A stretch of DNA of 64,000 bases from an uncultured Gammaproteobacteria bacterium. Lineage in GTDB: Bacteria > Patescibacteriota > Microgenomatia > Daviesbacterales > UBA10151. The first letter of the stretch is position 1, and each line of letters begins with the position of its first letter. The stretch is taken from contig CAYMIA010000002.1 in assembly GCA_964390595.1 (NCBI GenBank), positions 27,686-91,685 of the forward strand, given 5' to 3'. The notes under the pieces were generated by a model. That model saw only the letters and a program-made list of their open reading frames with translations. It was not told where the DNA came from and searched no databases. A program made the position numbers and the translations under genes. Positions 48,021 through 57,822 of the stretch are shown here, piece after piece.

Positions 48021-48362
48021 ATGATCCCAGAAAGATTAAGGGGCTTAGACCGGAATTTAATTGGTGGAACGCTTCTGACATTAGCTGTGGTTTCCGGAGC
48101 TTTTTGGTTAGCATTTAGTGATAAAGCAGTAGAACCAAGTAATGGTACGCTATCTGTTAAACAGGAGTCGGAAGATTCAGTCCTTTTAACTGGCAGGCAT
48201 TTTACTCTTCAGGAAAAGGAGGTTGAAGCCCTAATCAATCAAATTAATCAAAAGTGTGGGATTGTAATCTACCCTGATTTAACCGATCCAATTCCATATA
48301 GTGATATGAGACTACAAAACCGCCGGTCCTATTGCGCCACTCTTTTAGCGTTCGATCAATAA
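48021..48362 (+). CDS. Hypothetical membrane-anchored protein
   Basis: N-terminal TM segment; TATAAT 6 nt before ATG. Confidence 0.65.
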   Translation: MIPERLRGLDRNLIGGTLLTLAVVSGAFWLAFSDKAVEPSNGTLSVKQESEDSVLLTGRHFTLQEKEVEALINQINQKCGIVIYPDLTDPIPYSDMRLQNRRSYCATLLAFDQ

Positions 48363-48464
48363 TCTTCATTGCATTTACAACTCGGTCCCAGTATTCTTAA
48401 ATCAGGGGTGATTTTAAATGAATGAGCAAAGCTTTTGTGAGCGAAGCTCTTCATCAACAAGTTT

Positions 48465-48635
48465 ATGAATAAAAAAATGAAAGATTGTTTTACTCCTCAT
48501 GCAGTAATGCATTCGTTCTTTGGGCTCGGACTGGGACTCTTAGTTGCAGCGCTGTTTCCAGGACTCGCATCAATCTTACTTGGCTTAGCCATTATGGTTG
48601 TCGCAGTAGTATTGGATATGATGAGGAAAAGTTAA
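48465..48635 (+). CDS. Small two-TM membrane protein (56 aa; below the ORF-track cutoff)
   Basis: MNKKMKDCFTPHAVMHSFFGLGLGLLVAALFPGLASILLGLAIMVVAVVLDMMRKS. Confidence 0.7.
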   Translation: MNKKMKDCFTPHAVMHSFFGLGLGLLVAALFPGLASILLGLAIMVVAVVLDMMRKS

Positions 48636-48665
48636 GTTACCTAAAAAATAAGTTATAATTACTTA

Positions 48666-49157
48666 ATGAAGCAATCTCCAGAAGAGATTGAAATAAATAT
48701 CTCCAAAGTGATCATCGCTTACAAATTTTTCTTAGGATTATTTGAAGTGCTGCTTGGCTTAGGGATTGTTATTTTTGGAAAATATATCCTCGACCTATAT
48801 CAAAATTTTATTTATAGTGAAATTTTGGATGACCCCAGTGACTTACTGGTTAGTATCTTAGATAAAATAGTTCCATACCTCTTTGCCCACCAGGGCTTTA
48901 TTGTCTTTTTTTTGCTACTCATTGGTGTCACCAAGATGGTTGGAGCAGCTGGGCTTTTTTACCGCAAACATTGGGGTTTGGATATCTTGGTGGCAGTCAC
49001 CATTATCCTGTTACCTTTTGAGCTGTTTAACTTGATTGCTCATCCCAGTTTTTCCAAGGTGATTTACTTTTTAGTGAATATGTTTATCGCTTTATATTTA
49101 GTCAACTTTAAACCCCATCATTATTTTATTCACGCTAAAAAAAGATATACCGGGTGA
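48666..49157 (+). CDS. DUF2127-like membrane protein
   Basis: IIAYK..G..E, GL...K.W, LPFE, N..I..YL. Confidence 0.75.
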   Translation: MKQSPEEIEINISKVIIAYKFFLGLFEVLLGLGIVIFGKYILDLYQNFIYSEILDDPSDLLVSILDKIVPYLFAHQGFIVFFLLLIGVTKMVGAAGLFYRKHWGLDILVAVTIILLPFELFNLIAHPSFSKVIYFLVNMFIALYLVNFKPHHYFIHAKKRYTG

Positions 49158-50068
49158 AAAATCTTTTATCCTCACTCCTAGTGCTCTTTGTTATCTTATC
49201 CCTTCTGTTCACTATCAATGAATGGTTCCTAAGGAATTTTCCATCCGAAACCCGTCCAATGGATAAACTACCTGGTGACGTTCAAATCTATCAAGTTGGT
49301 TTAAAACTAAATCCCAAGCTCGCCACCTCTCATGCTAATCCTTTGCTTGTCAATTTACCCAAACCCCTAACTGGTCCAACTCCAACTAAGCTCAAAATCC
49401 CCATTTTAATCTATCACTACATCGAATATGTTAAAGATCCCAAAGACAAAATCCGCCTCTCTTTAAATATTCAGCCCTGGTTACTAGAGCAGCAAATTAA
49501 AACTTTAAAACAAAATGGCTTTACTTTTTTAACCCCCTCTGATATTCCTGATATTTTAACGGGCAAAACCAAACTGCCGGCCAGGCCAATTATCCTATCT
49601 TTTGATGATGGCTACAGAGACTTTTATACTGATGCTTTTCCAATTCTCAAAAAATATCAGGCCAGGGCTATTAATTATGTTGTGCCAGGGTTTCTGGATC
49701 TTCCCAACAATTTGACTCACCAGCAACTAGCTGAGCTTAACACTAGCAGTTTAATTGAAATTGGGGCGCATACGGTCTCCCATGCTTACTTAAAAGGATT
49801 AAATAAAAAAAGAGTTGAATTTGAAGTCAGACAGTCGAAGATAGCACTAGAACATGAGTTAAAAAAAGAGATAGTCTCTTTTGCCTATCCATATGGCGCC
49901 TTTGACTTGCAAGCCGTTCAGGTAGTAAAAGAAGCTGGCTTTAAAACTGCAGTCACTACCTTACCTGGAGTAGAGATCCACCCAGATAATCTTTTGTTAA
50001 TTACCCGGATCCGCGCTGGAAACTTAACAGGGGAGGGCTTAATACATTTTTTGGAACATGAAAAATAG
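49154..50068 (+). CDS. Polysaccharide deacetylase (CE4, IcaB/PgaB-like)
   Basis: PILIYH, SFDDGY, GAHTVSH, AYPYG. Confidence 0.93.
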   Translation: MKNLLSSLLVLFVILSLLFTINEWFLRNFPSETRPMDKLPGDVQIYQVGLKLNPKLATSHANPLLVNLPKPLTGPTPTKLKIPILIYHYIEYVKDPKDKIRLSLNIQPWLLEQQIKTLKQNGFTFLTPSDIPDILTGKTKLPARPIILSFDDGYRDFYTDAFPILKKYQARAINYVVPGFLDLPNNLTHQQLAELNTSSLIEIGAHTVSHAYLKGLNKKRVEFEVRQSKIALEHELKKEIVSFAYPYGAFDLQAVQVVKEAGFKTAVTTLPGVEIHPDNLLLITRIRAGNLTGEGLIHFLEHEK

Positions 50069-50092
50069 TTGAAATTCATCTAAGATAATATT

Positions 50093-51262
50093 ATGTCTAA
50101 TACTGGAGTTGAACTGCCATTTTTTTCTCTTGAGGATCATTTTAAAAAAAATGACGCCTTCAAGCTTAAAGTGACAGCACCAGGTTTAAATTCAGATAGC
50201 CGAGAAATTAATGACCCTAACCACCCTGAGGCGATGTGGGAGGTCATGAAGGCTGAAGAGGCTATTTTAGCCAAAATTGGTGGTAGCAAACCCGAATGGT
50301 TTGCACTTTTTCCAACTGGTCAGTATGTTGAAAACAAAGCTCAGCAGTCAGCTCATTTTATGATTAGTCCTAAAGATAACAAATTTGACTCTCCAGCTAA
50401 CATGTCGGTTGATCAAATTGTGCCAGCTTGCGAGTTTGCCCTAACATTCCTGGAACAACCAAATACTATAATTGGATACAATATCAATGAGCGGAATCAA
50501 AAAGGTCAAAAACCCGGTCCTCAGTCCTGGAGTAACTGGCATATCCACCATCTGCTCTTAGCTGAAAATCTCAGAGAAACCACCCTTACTACTAAAAATA
50601 GAGCCAGCGAATCAATTACCGCCAGAGACAAATTAAGAGAACCTTTTTATGAAAAAATTGAGCAGGTTTTAGCTTCCGAGATGGGAGAGAGACTTAAATC
50701 TCTGGGAGCTAAAATAGTGGATGCAGATCACTTTAGAGAACAGACTGGTTTTCAAACTAGGGGAGCGCTTAATTTAGAGTTGCCCAGAAACACCTCTGCT
50801 AGGGAATTAGCCAAACTATTTCAAGAAATTGATGGTTTCTACTCTGAGTTACACAGTCAGTTCTTAAATCTTTTTTTCTTAAGTCCAAATCAGTTAGCTT
50901 TAAGACCTCAAGACCAAATTGATCAAATGGCAGATCAGCTAAATTTAGATCCTTTTGTCAAAAAGTTTGCCAGCCGGGTTTTACCTAAAATGGTAACGAG
51001 TCTTGGGGAATCTAAAAATTCAATTTATAAAGGGCCAACCTATTCATTAACCTGCCTTAAACAAGATGACAAGCTATGTATCACTCTCAAACCTCATTTT
51101 TTCAAAAAAGGTGGAGTGCTAGAAACTTTGGGGATCCAAGTAGACAGGGAATATCAAGATGATCCCAAACTGCAAGTTGAGTTAGAACAAATAAAGCAAA
51201 ACGCCAAAGATGCTGTGAATCAAGTTCTAGAAAAAATGCACCAGGTGCCACAAGCTGCTTAG
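50093..51262 (+). CDS. Hypothetical protein with a possible degenerate HIT-like motif
   Basis: GYN...PQSWSNWHIHH. Confidence 0.7.
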   Translation: MSNTGVELPFFSLEDHFKKNDAFKLKVTAPGLNSDSREINDPNHPEAMWEVMKAEEAILAKIGGSKPEWFALFPTGQYVENKAQQSAHFMISPKDNKFDSPANMSVDQIVPACEFALTFLEQPNTIIGYNINERNQKGQKPGPQSWSNWHIHHLLLAENLRETTLTTKNRASESITARDKLREPFYEKIEQVLASEMGERLKSLGAKIVDADHFREQTGFQTRGALNLELPRNTSARELAKLFQEIDGFYSELHSQFLNLFFLSPNQLALRPQDQIDQMADQLNLDPFVKKFASRVLPKMVTSLGESKNSIYKGPTYSLTCLKQDDKLCITLKPHFFKKGGVLETLGIQVDREYQDDPKLQVELEQIKQNAKDAVNQVLEKMHQVPQAA

Positions 51263-52540
51263 TTACTCAACAAAAGTTAAAGCGGTGCCTGTTTTGCCAG
51301 CGCGGCCGGTTCTACCGATTCTGTGAATGTAATCATCATAAGTTTCTGGCAGATCATAATTGATAACATGAGTCACATTTTCAATGTCTAAACCTCTGGA
51401 GGCGACATCAGTAGCCAGTAAAATTTGAATTTGGTTTCTTTTAAAACTATCTAGCGTTCTTTGTCTGTGACCCTGAGTTTTATTGCCATGAATTGAGCCA
51501 ACTTTAAAGCCTCTAAACTCCAGCTCTCTATTTAACTTTTCAATCCCATGTTTGGTTCTGCCAAAAACTAACACTTTATCAAATCCATCTTGAATCAGCA
51601 GATCATGTAATTGATCAATTTTTTTATTTTTGTCAGCCACCCGGATAACATCTTGATCGACATTTTCAGCTGTATCTTGCATTTTGACTGAAACAGTGAC
51701 GGGATCATTCACAAAATTTTGCAAAACCTCTTTGACCTTAGGCGAAATTGTGGCTGAGAAAAACAAAGATTGTCTGACCTTTGGTAAAAGAGACACAAAA
51801 TATTTCACATCTTGAATAAAACCAATATCCACCATTAAATCAACTTCATCCAAGACAAATAAATCAAAATCTTCTAAATAAAGTAAGTCTCTTTGAATTA
51901 AATCTTTCAATCTACCTGGGGTAGCAATCACAAAATGGGGGTTTCTTTGAACATCATAGATCTGACGTCTCATATTGGATCCACCAATGACCAAGGCGGA
52001 ATATAAATGCATCCCAGCTGAAAAACTGCGTAACTCTTCTTGAATCTGCAAAGCGAGCTCCCGTGTTGGGGCTATAATTAAAGCCTTGTGATCGCGGTTT
52101 TTAAAAATCTTATCAATCAAAGGAATCAAAAAGGCGGCAGTTTTTCCAGTACCTGTATTGGCTAGTCCAATTAAGTCCCGGCCCTGTAAAATTGGATCAA
52201 TCGCTTGATCCTGGATCGGAGTCGGAGTTAAGTACCCATGCCTTAAGATATTTTCCTTTAAGGCATCTGAAATTTCAAAATCAGTAAAGTTTTTCTGGGC
52301 GATGAAGTTTTCACTTCCAACAGTAGCCACAGATTTTTTGATAAATAAATCAATTTCTCCTGTTAGCTTACTTTGGTTGCGGGGCTTTTGAGGGCGGTTA
52401 AAACCTCTAAATTTGTTAAATTGGCCAGTTCTGTCAGCCGCAAAAGACTGACCAGTTCTAACTGGCCTATTAGATGAATATCTCCTGGAAGAATTTCCAG
52501 ATCTAATTGAGGAACGGAAGTTCCTTGATTGATTAAACAT
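51263..52540 (-). CDS. DEAD/DEAH-box RNA helicase
   Basis: Q motif PTPIQ, GTGKT, PTRELA, TPGR, DEVD, SAT, HRIGRTGR. Confidence 0.97.
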   Translation of the reverse strand: MFNQSRNFRSSIRSGNSSRRYSSNRPVRTGQSFAADRTGQFNKFRGFNRPQKPRNQSKLTGEIDLFIKKSVATVGSENFIAQKNFTDFEISDALKENILRHGYLTPTPIQDQAIDPILQGRDLIGLANTGTGKTAAFLIPLIDKIFKNRDHKALIIAPTRELALQIQEELRSFSAGMHLYSALVIGGSNMRRQIYDVQRNPHFVIATPGRLKDLIQRDLLYLEDFDLFVLDEVDLMVDIGFIQDVKYFVSLLPKVRQSLFFSATISPKVKEVLQNFVNDPVTVSVKMQDTAENVDQDVIRVADKNKKIDQLHDLLIQDGFDKVLVFGRTKHGIEKLNRELEFRGFKVGSIHGNKTQGHRQRTLDSFKRNQIQILLATDVASRGLDIENVTHVINYDLPETYDDYIHRIGRTGRAGKTGTALTFVE

Positions 52541-52771
52541 GTAATAAAATTTAACTAATTGAAAAAGAAAACTAAATGAATATTTAGGAGCTAATTACAA
52601 TGATGTAAACCCGCTAACCTTGTAGCAATTCTGCGTAATATATGCAGTAACTTGAAGGGAAGAATCGAAAGAAAAGCTCAAATTCTTAAATCAACAAATA
52701 TAAGTATAGCACAAACAAGATAATATTGCAACCTTGACACCGCAATAATGGTTGTGATAAATTAATTTCAG

Positions 52772-53332
52772 ATGGCAAATATCACTGATGATTTAAAAAA
52801 CGCTTTATCTAACGTTGTGTCTGGTGTCGGCGATGTAGTAGATACTACCCGGAATGTGGCTAAAGATGTGGTAGTGAATACTCTTCAATCAGGTGGAGAT
52901 ATTACCGCCTCAAGCCTCGATACAGTTGGAAATGTAGTATCAGAAGGAGTCAAGGTCGCTTCAGCAGCTGGTGTTTCAGCTACTCAAGCTGCAACTGGTT
53001 TGGTAGCCGGAGCAATTGAGGGAGTAAAAGAGGTTGGAGGAGATGTTACGGAAACAGCGGCAGCAGCTTCTCACGGGGTGGTCACCAGTGTCCAATCAGT
53101 TGGTGGTGATGTCGGCGAGGCTGCAGTTTCTGCAGTCGAAGGTGCCATTAAAGCAGCAGAAAAGATCGGCTCTGATGCTGGGGAATTAGCCAAACATGCT
53201 GTAACGGGCTCTCTTAAAGCCGCCGATGAAATAGGTAGCGAGGCAGGAGAGTTAGTCAGAAAAGCCCTACTCAATGCCGCTGCTCTTCCGCATGATGTTA
53301 TTGATGCCCTACTTACTGGCAAAAAAGATTAA
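52772..53332 (+). CDS. Ala/Val/Gly-rich protein with 22-aa amphipathic repeats
   Basis: VGGDV.../VGGDV.../IGSDA.../IGSEA... at 22-aa spacing. Confidence 0.8.
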   Translation: MANITDDLKNALSNVVSGVGDVVDTTRNVAKDVVVNTLQSGGDITASSLDTVGNVVSEGVKVASAAGVSATQAATGLVAGAIEGVKEVGGDVTETAAAASHGVVTSVQSVGGDVGEAAVSAVEGAIKAAEKIGSDAGELAKHAVTGSLKAADEIGSEAGELVRKALLNAAALPHDVIDALLTGKKD

Positions 53333-53373
53333 TCTTCACAGCTTTTTTTCTCTAATTTAGTTATAATAAATTA

Positions 53374-54618
53374 ATGGACTTTGACGTCGAAAATGATCTA
53401 GCAATCTTTGATGAGCTATTAAAAAACCGTCCAGAGATTAAAAAAGAAGCTCTCCAAAAAGACTTAACTACTTACTACCTTCCTTATATAAATAAAATAG
53501 TTGAGCTACTTAAACACAAAAGACAAAACATCTCTGATGGTTTGGTCGTTGGCATCTCCGCTATTCAAGGTGCAGGCAAAACTACCCAAGATGAGATTAT
53601 TGGGGTTCTTATCAAGCACTTTGGATTTAACTCGGTTAGTCTTTCGATCGATGATCACTATATTACTCATCAGGAGCTTTGCATTTTGAGGCAAAAAGAT
53701 CCCAGGTTTATTAGAAGGGGAGTCACCCACGATCTGCCCCTGGCCATTTTAAACCTAAGAGATCTGGCTAAAATGGAACCAAATGAACCCATTATTGTTT
53801 CAGGTTATGACAAAGGTGCCAACCTTGGAGATGGCGAAAGATTTAGGTGGGTTAATTTAGAAGGGGAAGCTACTATCCAGGCCAAAGTGGTCAGTGAAGA
53901 TTTAGTTGTTAACAAAGAAAGTCTTACCACCAAAGCCCTGCAGCTGGTTTCGCTAACAGTTGGATCATCTGACATCCCTTTACCGGAGCGGATGGGTGGG
54001 GACATCCCGCTTGTTGAGCATTTATTACCCAAAGAACTGATCGGATTTCTACAAATTAACCCTCAGGATATAACTATTAGCGAACAAGACCATGAAAGTC
54101 TAATCTTTTCAGCCAACAATCAAAGTATTCAAGTTCCCAAAGAAAATCTACCAAATGGTTGGCAGATCATCTCGAAAAAACCGGATTTTATCTTTTATGA
54201 TGGTTGGATGCTTGGAGCTAGAATGGTTGAAGACGAGTCAGTTTTTGAGGCCAACCTACCAGCTCTAGAGACTCCTGAGGCGCAGCAATTTGCTAAAGAT
54301 GTTAATAAAAAGTTAGAAGACTATGAACTGCTTTGGCAAATGGTTGAATTCATGAACGTTTTATATGTTCCCAACTATCAGATGAGTTTGCAATGGCGGG
54401 ATCAAGCTGAAGATGATCTGCGCGCCAAAGGGGAGGGGATGAGTAGTGAACAGATCAAAGATTTTGTCCATTATTTCTGGCGGTCAGTCCACCCAGCTAT
54501 CCATATCAAAAATTTAAGTCGCGACCCAGTTCACACCAAACAAGTCACAATTATCAATGATGATCATACAATCAAAGAGGTCTTGTCTCCAGAAGAAGTC
54601 GCCTCCAAGTACCCTTAA
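53374..54618 (+). CDS. P-loop kinase, D-glycerate 3-kinase (GLYK)-like
   Basis: GISAIQGAGKTT, LSIDDHY, RGVTHD, YDK...G.GER, DGWMLG, WR.QAE, GMS.EQ. Confidence 0.8.
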   Translation: MDFDVENDLAIFDELLKNRPEIKKEALQKDLTTYYLPYINKIVELLKHKRQNISDGLVVGISAIQGAGKTTQDEIIGVLIKHFGFNSVSLSIDDHYITHQELCILRQKDPRFIRRGVTHDLPLAILNLRDLAKMEPNEPIIVSGYDKGANLGDGERFRWVNLEGEATIQAKVVSEDLVVNKESLTTKALQLVSLTVGSSDIPLPERMGGDIPLVEHLLPKELIGFLQINPQDITISEQDHESLIFSANNQSIQVPKENLPNGWQIISKKPDFIFYDGWMLGARMVEDESVFEANLPALETPEAQQFAKDVNKKLEDYELLWQMVEFMNVLYVPNYQMSLQWRDQAEDDLRAKGEGMSSEQIKDFVHYFWRSVHPAIHIKNLSRDPVHTKQVTIINDDHTIKEVLSPEEVASKYP

Positions 54619-54696
54619 AACCATACGGAATAAGTAATTCTAAGTTTTTTCTCAGCTTAGTCTGCTATAAATGGACTCACTAAGGGAGGTGAGTTA

Positions 54697-55167
54697 ATGA
54701 AAATTAGTCGAAAACTATTAATTTCTGGAGCTGTTATTACCGCGGTTGGCCTAACTTCAATGGGCACCACAGCTGTTTTTGCCCAGGCTGGTACCAGACC
54801 CAGCTTAATTGCGCTGCTAGCCCAAAAATTAGGGATCGATCAATCAAAAGTGCAGACGGCTTTTGATCAGATCAAAAGCGAGCGCCAAACCACTATGCAA
54901 CAAAAGTTTCAGGATAGATTAGTTAAAGATGGCAAGCTCACCGAGGTCCAAAAGCAAGCTGTTTTGACTGAATTTGCTTCCTTGAAATCTAAATATGGAG
55001 CTGATGCTTTGAAAAATATGACCCCATCAGAGAGGAAGCAGGCTTTTGCGGATGAGCAAAATGAGCTTAAAAGTTGGGCGCAAAGCCAGGGTATTGATTT
55101 ATCTTTAATAAAACCTGGAATGCAAATGAAGGGTATGGGAATGCACTTTAGAGGATGGATGAGATGA
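54697..55167 (+). CDS. Secreted helical hypothetical protein
   Basis: Signal peptide (AVFA), GGAGGTG SD, DGKLT..Q motif. Confidence 0.8.
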   Translation: MKISRKLLISGAVITAVGLTSMGTTAVFAQAGTRPSLIALLAQKLGIDQSKVQTAFDQIKSERQTTMQQKFQDRLVKDGKLTEVQKQAVLTEFASLKSKYGADALKNMTPSERKQAFADEQNELKSWAQSQGIDLSLIKPGMQMKGMGMHFRGWMR

Positions 55168-55198
55168 GGTAGAATAAGAGGGTAAAAGATAGGCAGTC

Positions 55199-55585
55199 AT
55201 GATTGAAGACAAGTTTCCAGAAAAGTTCAAAAGGGCAGCCTATCACCCTTCAGCTTTTGTTTACGGCTTTCGGAAAGCTGAGTTAGAAAAATTATTTGAA
55301 GAGTTAATGACCAGTAATATCGCAATCAAAAGTGGTGAAGTTTGGGTTGTTAATGAAGGTCGAGTTGAGATGGTTGTACCCATGAAAGAGGGTCAACTGG
55401 AAGTTTTTTCCTGGAAAATTGACCAAGAAAAAGATGAACAATGGTATGACTTTGTCGAAAGATCTACTAAACAGTCCCTAGCTAAAATTGGAGAGTGGAA
55501 TCTAGAAAAAACCTCCCGTGTCGACCTAAACAATAAAATCTGGTATCACTTTGAATTTTTAGAACAACCTCATCCCAGTATATAA
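55199..55585 (+). CDS. Hypothetical protein, possibly Imm40-like
   Basis: IAIKSGEVW...SW...W.DFVERS pattern. Confidence 0.6.
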   Translation: MIEDKFPEKFKRAAYHPSAFVYGFRKAELEKLFEELMTSNIAIKSGEVWVVNEGRVEMVVPMKEGQLEVFSWKIDQEKDEQWYDFVERSTKQSLAKIGEWNLEKTSRVDLNNKIWYHFEFLEQPHPSI

Positions 55586-55592
55586 TTAACCT

Positions 55593-56633
55593 ATGGGAAA
55601 AAATCTAATAATAACTATAGGACTGGTTGCAATTCTAATCTCAATTTTGATTGGCCTATCTTTTAAGCAATCTCAATCCCTCTCAAAAATAACCAATACT
55701 AAATCTCAACCTACAGTAACTCCCAGTCCTTTTCTCTTTCAAGAGCTGACCATTCCCTATTTAAGGAACCAAACTTATCAAAGTCAGTTGGGAGATTTAG
55801 CTCAAGTCAGTAAAAATCAAAACTATACTGAATATCTCACCAGTTACTCCTCAGATGGATTAAAAATCAATGGACTGTTAACCAAACCAATTGGTCAGAT
55901 GCCAGAGGGGGGTTGGCCCGCTATTGTTTTTGTTCATGGCTATATTCCTCCCAATCAATATCAAACTTTGGAACGCTATGTTAATTATGTCGACTACTTA
56001 GCCCGCAACGGCTTTGTGGTTTTTAAAATTGATTTGAGAGGTCACGGATCCTCAGAAGGTCAAGCGGGTGGGGGATACTACTCTTCAGATTATGTAATTG
56101 ATACATTAAATGCTTATGCCGCATTGCAATCAAGTAACTTTGTGAACCCGAAGAAAGTTGGATTTTGGGGACACAGTATGGCAGGAAATATTTTACTGAG
56201 AAGTTTTGCTATCAAACCAGAAATTCCAGCAGTAGTCATTTGGGCTGGAGCAGGCTATACCTATTTAGATCTAAATACTTATGGTATCTCTGACTCAAGC
56301 TTTAGGCCCCAACCTGCTGATTCAGAGCGCCAAAGACAAAGGCAACAACTTAGAGCTCTTTATGGTGATCCAAAAGATGGAAATCCATTCTGGAAGCTAG
56401 TTGCCCCAACAAGTTACCTAAATGATTTAAAAGGCGCGATCCAGCTAGATCAGGCAGTTGATGATCAAACTGTTAGCATTGAGTACAACCGGAATTTAAA
56501 TAAACTTTTAGATGCCACCAATGTGCCTCATGAATTTTTTGAGTACCCTTCTGGTGGTCACAACATCTCTGGAGCCAGTTTTACTGAAGCGATGCAAAAC
56601 ACGGTGAGTTTTTTCAAGAAGTATCTGAAATAG
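55593..56633 (+). CDS. Membrane-anchored alpha/beta hydrolase (S9-like)
   Basis: HGY, DLRGHG, GHSMAG nucleophile, D..V, GGHN. Confidence 0.9.
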   Translation: MGKNLIITIGLVAILISILIGLSFKQSQSLSKITNTKSQPTVTPSPFLFQELTIPYLRNQTYQSQLGDLAQVSKNQNYTEYLTSYSSDGLKINGLLTKPIGQMPEGGWPAIVFVHGYIPPNQYQTLERYVNYVDYLARNGFVVFKIDLRGHGSSEGQAGGGYYSSDYVIDTLNAYAALQSSNFVNPKKVGFWGHSMAGNILLRSFAIKPEIPAVVIWAGAGYTYLDLNTYGISDSSFRPQPADSERQRQRQQLRALYGDPKDGNPFWKLVAPTSYLNDLKGAIQLDQAVDDQTVSIEYNRNLNKLLDATNVPHEFFEYPSGGHNISGASFTEAMQNTVSFFKKYLK

Positions 56634-56636
56634 GTC

Positions 56637-57695
56637 TTAAGCAGAAGCTGGGGCAAGACCCGCAGCGAGTCTAGCCGCTTCTATCTCCATTTGCCTTTCC
56701 CGGATTTGGGTAACATGGTAGGTAATTCTTTGTCTTTCAGATGAAACGAGTCCATCAGGTAATACTTTCAAAACCTCATCCCAAGAATTACTTTGGGCTC
56801 CAGTTAATCTAAAATTGCTAGTCGTTTCTTTTGATAAAATACTTCCTCTCCAGCAATCAGCTAATAGATTACTCAATTTATCTACCAGAAGCAAACTAGT
56901 AATTCCACGATCCATGATCCAACCCTGTCTGTCAGGTAAAGTTTTCATAAAGGCGCTTATTTCAGCCAGCCTACTTAGATAATAATCTAATTGTCCAGTG
57001 ACGCTACTATATCCTTTTTGGGATTCTCCAGCAACAGTAATTTCCTTGCCAAGCCTCACCCTGATTAATCCATCGGATCCGATTGTTGCGGCGCCCAGCC
57101 GAACTTTGGTTAATCCTTCATTGTATGGTTCAGTGTCTAATTCAGCAAAGAAGGCCGCACTTCCATGAAACATTCCTTTAAATCTGTCATCGAGATTAGT
57201 AAAAACCCCTTCTATCAAGCCCCCAATCGCTAGTAAGTCACGTTTAGGGCCATGTGAAGTTTTACCCAGAGATCGGATAGGCTCCACCATTTCCGTCGAT
57301 TGAGAAGCAATCGCCTCCGCCAAAACATTCCTGTCAGCATGTCCCAGAAAACGGACCGTTATTAACTCCCCAAAGTCTTGCTCACTTGGCCTGAGTGGAT
57401 TTGTCCCAAAAACCGCGTACCAACTCGGTTTAGATAATTCATCAAAGTCAGTTGACCTGCCTGGGTGAAAAACTGCGCTTGGCAGATCCACATCGCAAGC
57501 CACCTGGATACCATTGTGCGAGCCTGTAGGTTGAAAACGCATCTCCGGACCCACCTCAGTCCGGATTTTGAGGGCAATTGGACTGATTGGCTGATCAGGT
57601 CGGTATTTCAAAGGTACAAATCCTGAGGGGTCTGGACCAGGACCCAATACCTCAACCCCTTTAGAATGTACAACTGCTTCAATAACTGATGCCAT
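56637..57695 (-). CDS. Hypothetical protein
   Basis: 352-aa ORF. Confidence 0.7.
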   Translation of the reverse strand: MASVIEAVVHSKGVEVLGPGPDPSGFVPLKYRPDQPISPIALKIRTEVGPEMRFQPTGSHNGIQVACDVDLPSAVFHPGRSTDFDELSKPSWYAVFGTNPLRPSEQDFGELITVRFLGHADRNVLAEAIASQSTEMVEPIRSLGKTSHGPKRDLLAIGGLIEGVFTNLDDRFKGMFHGSAAFFAELDTEPYNEGLTKVRLGAATIGSDGLIRVRLGKEITVAGESQKGYSSVTGQLDYYLSRLAEISAFMKTLPDRQGWIMDRGITSLLLVDKLSNLLADCWRGSILSKETTSNFRLTGAQSNSWDEVLKVLPDGLVSSERQRITYHVTQIRERQMEIEAARLAAGLAPASA

Positions 57696-57822
57696 TTTTA
57701 AAATTATTATGAGCTGTTACTGTTTTTATCATTTCATTTAATTCATGTCAATAGATCAAATAACCAAACAAACTATTGAAGTCACTTTTAAAAATAGGTG
57801 AAAAATAAGTATAATTAAGAGA

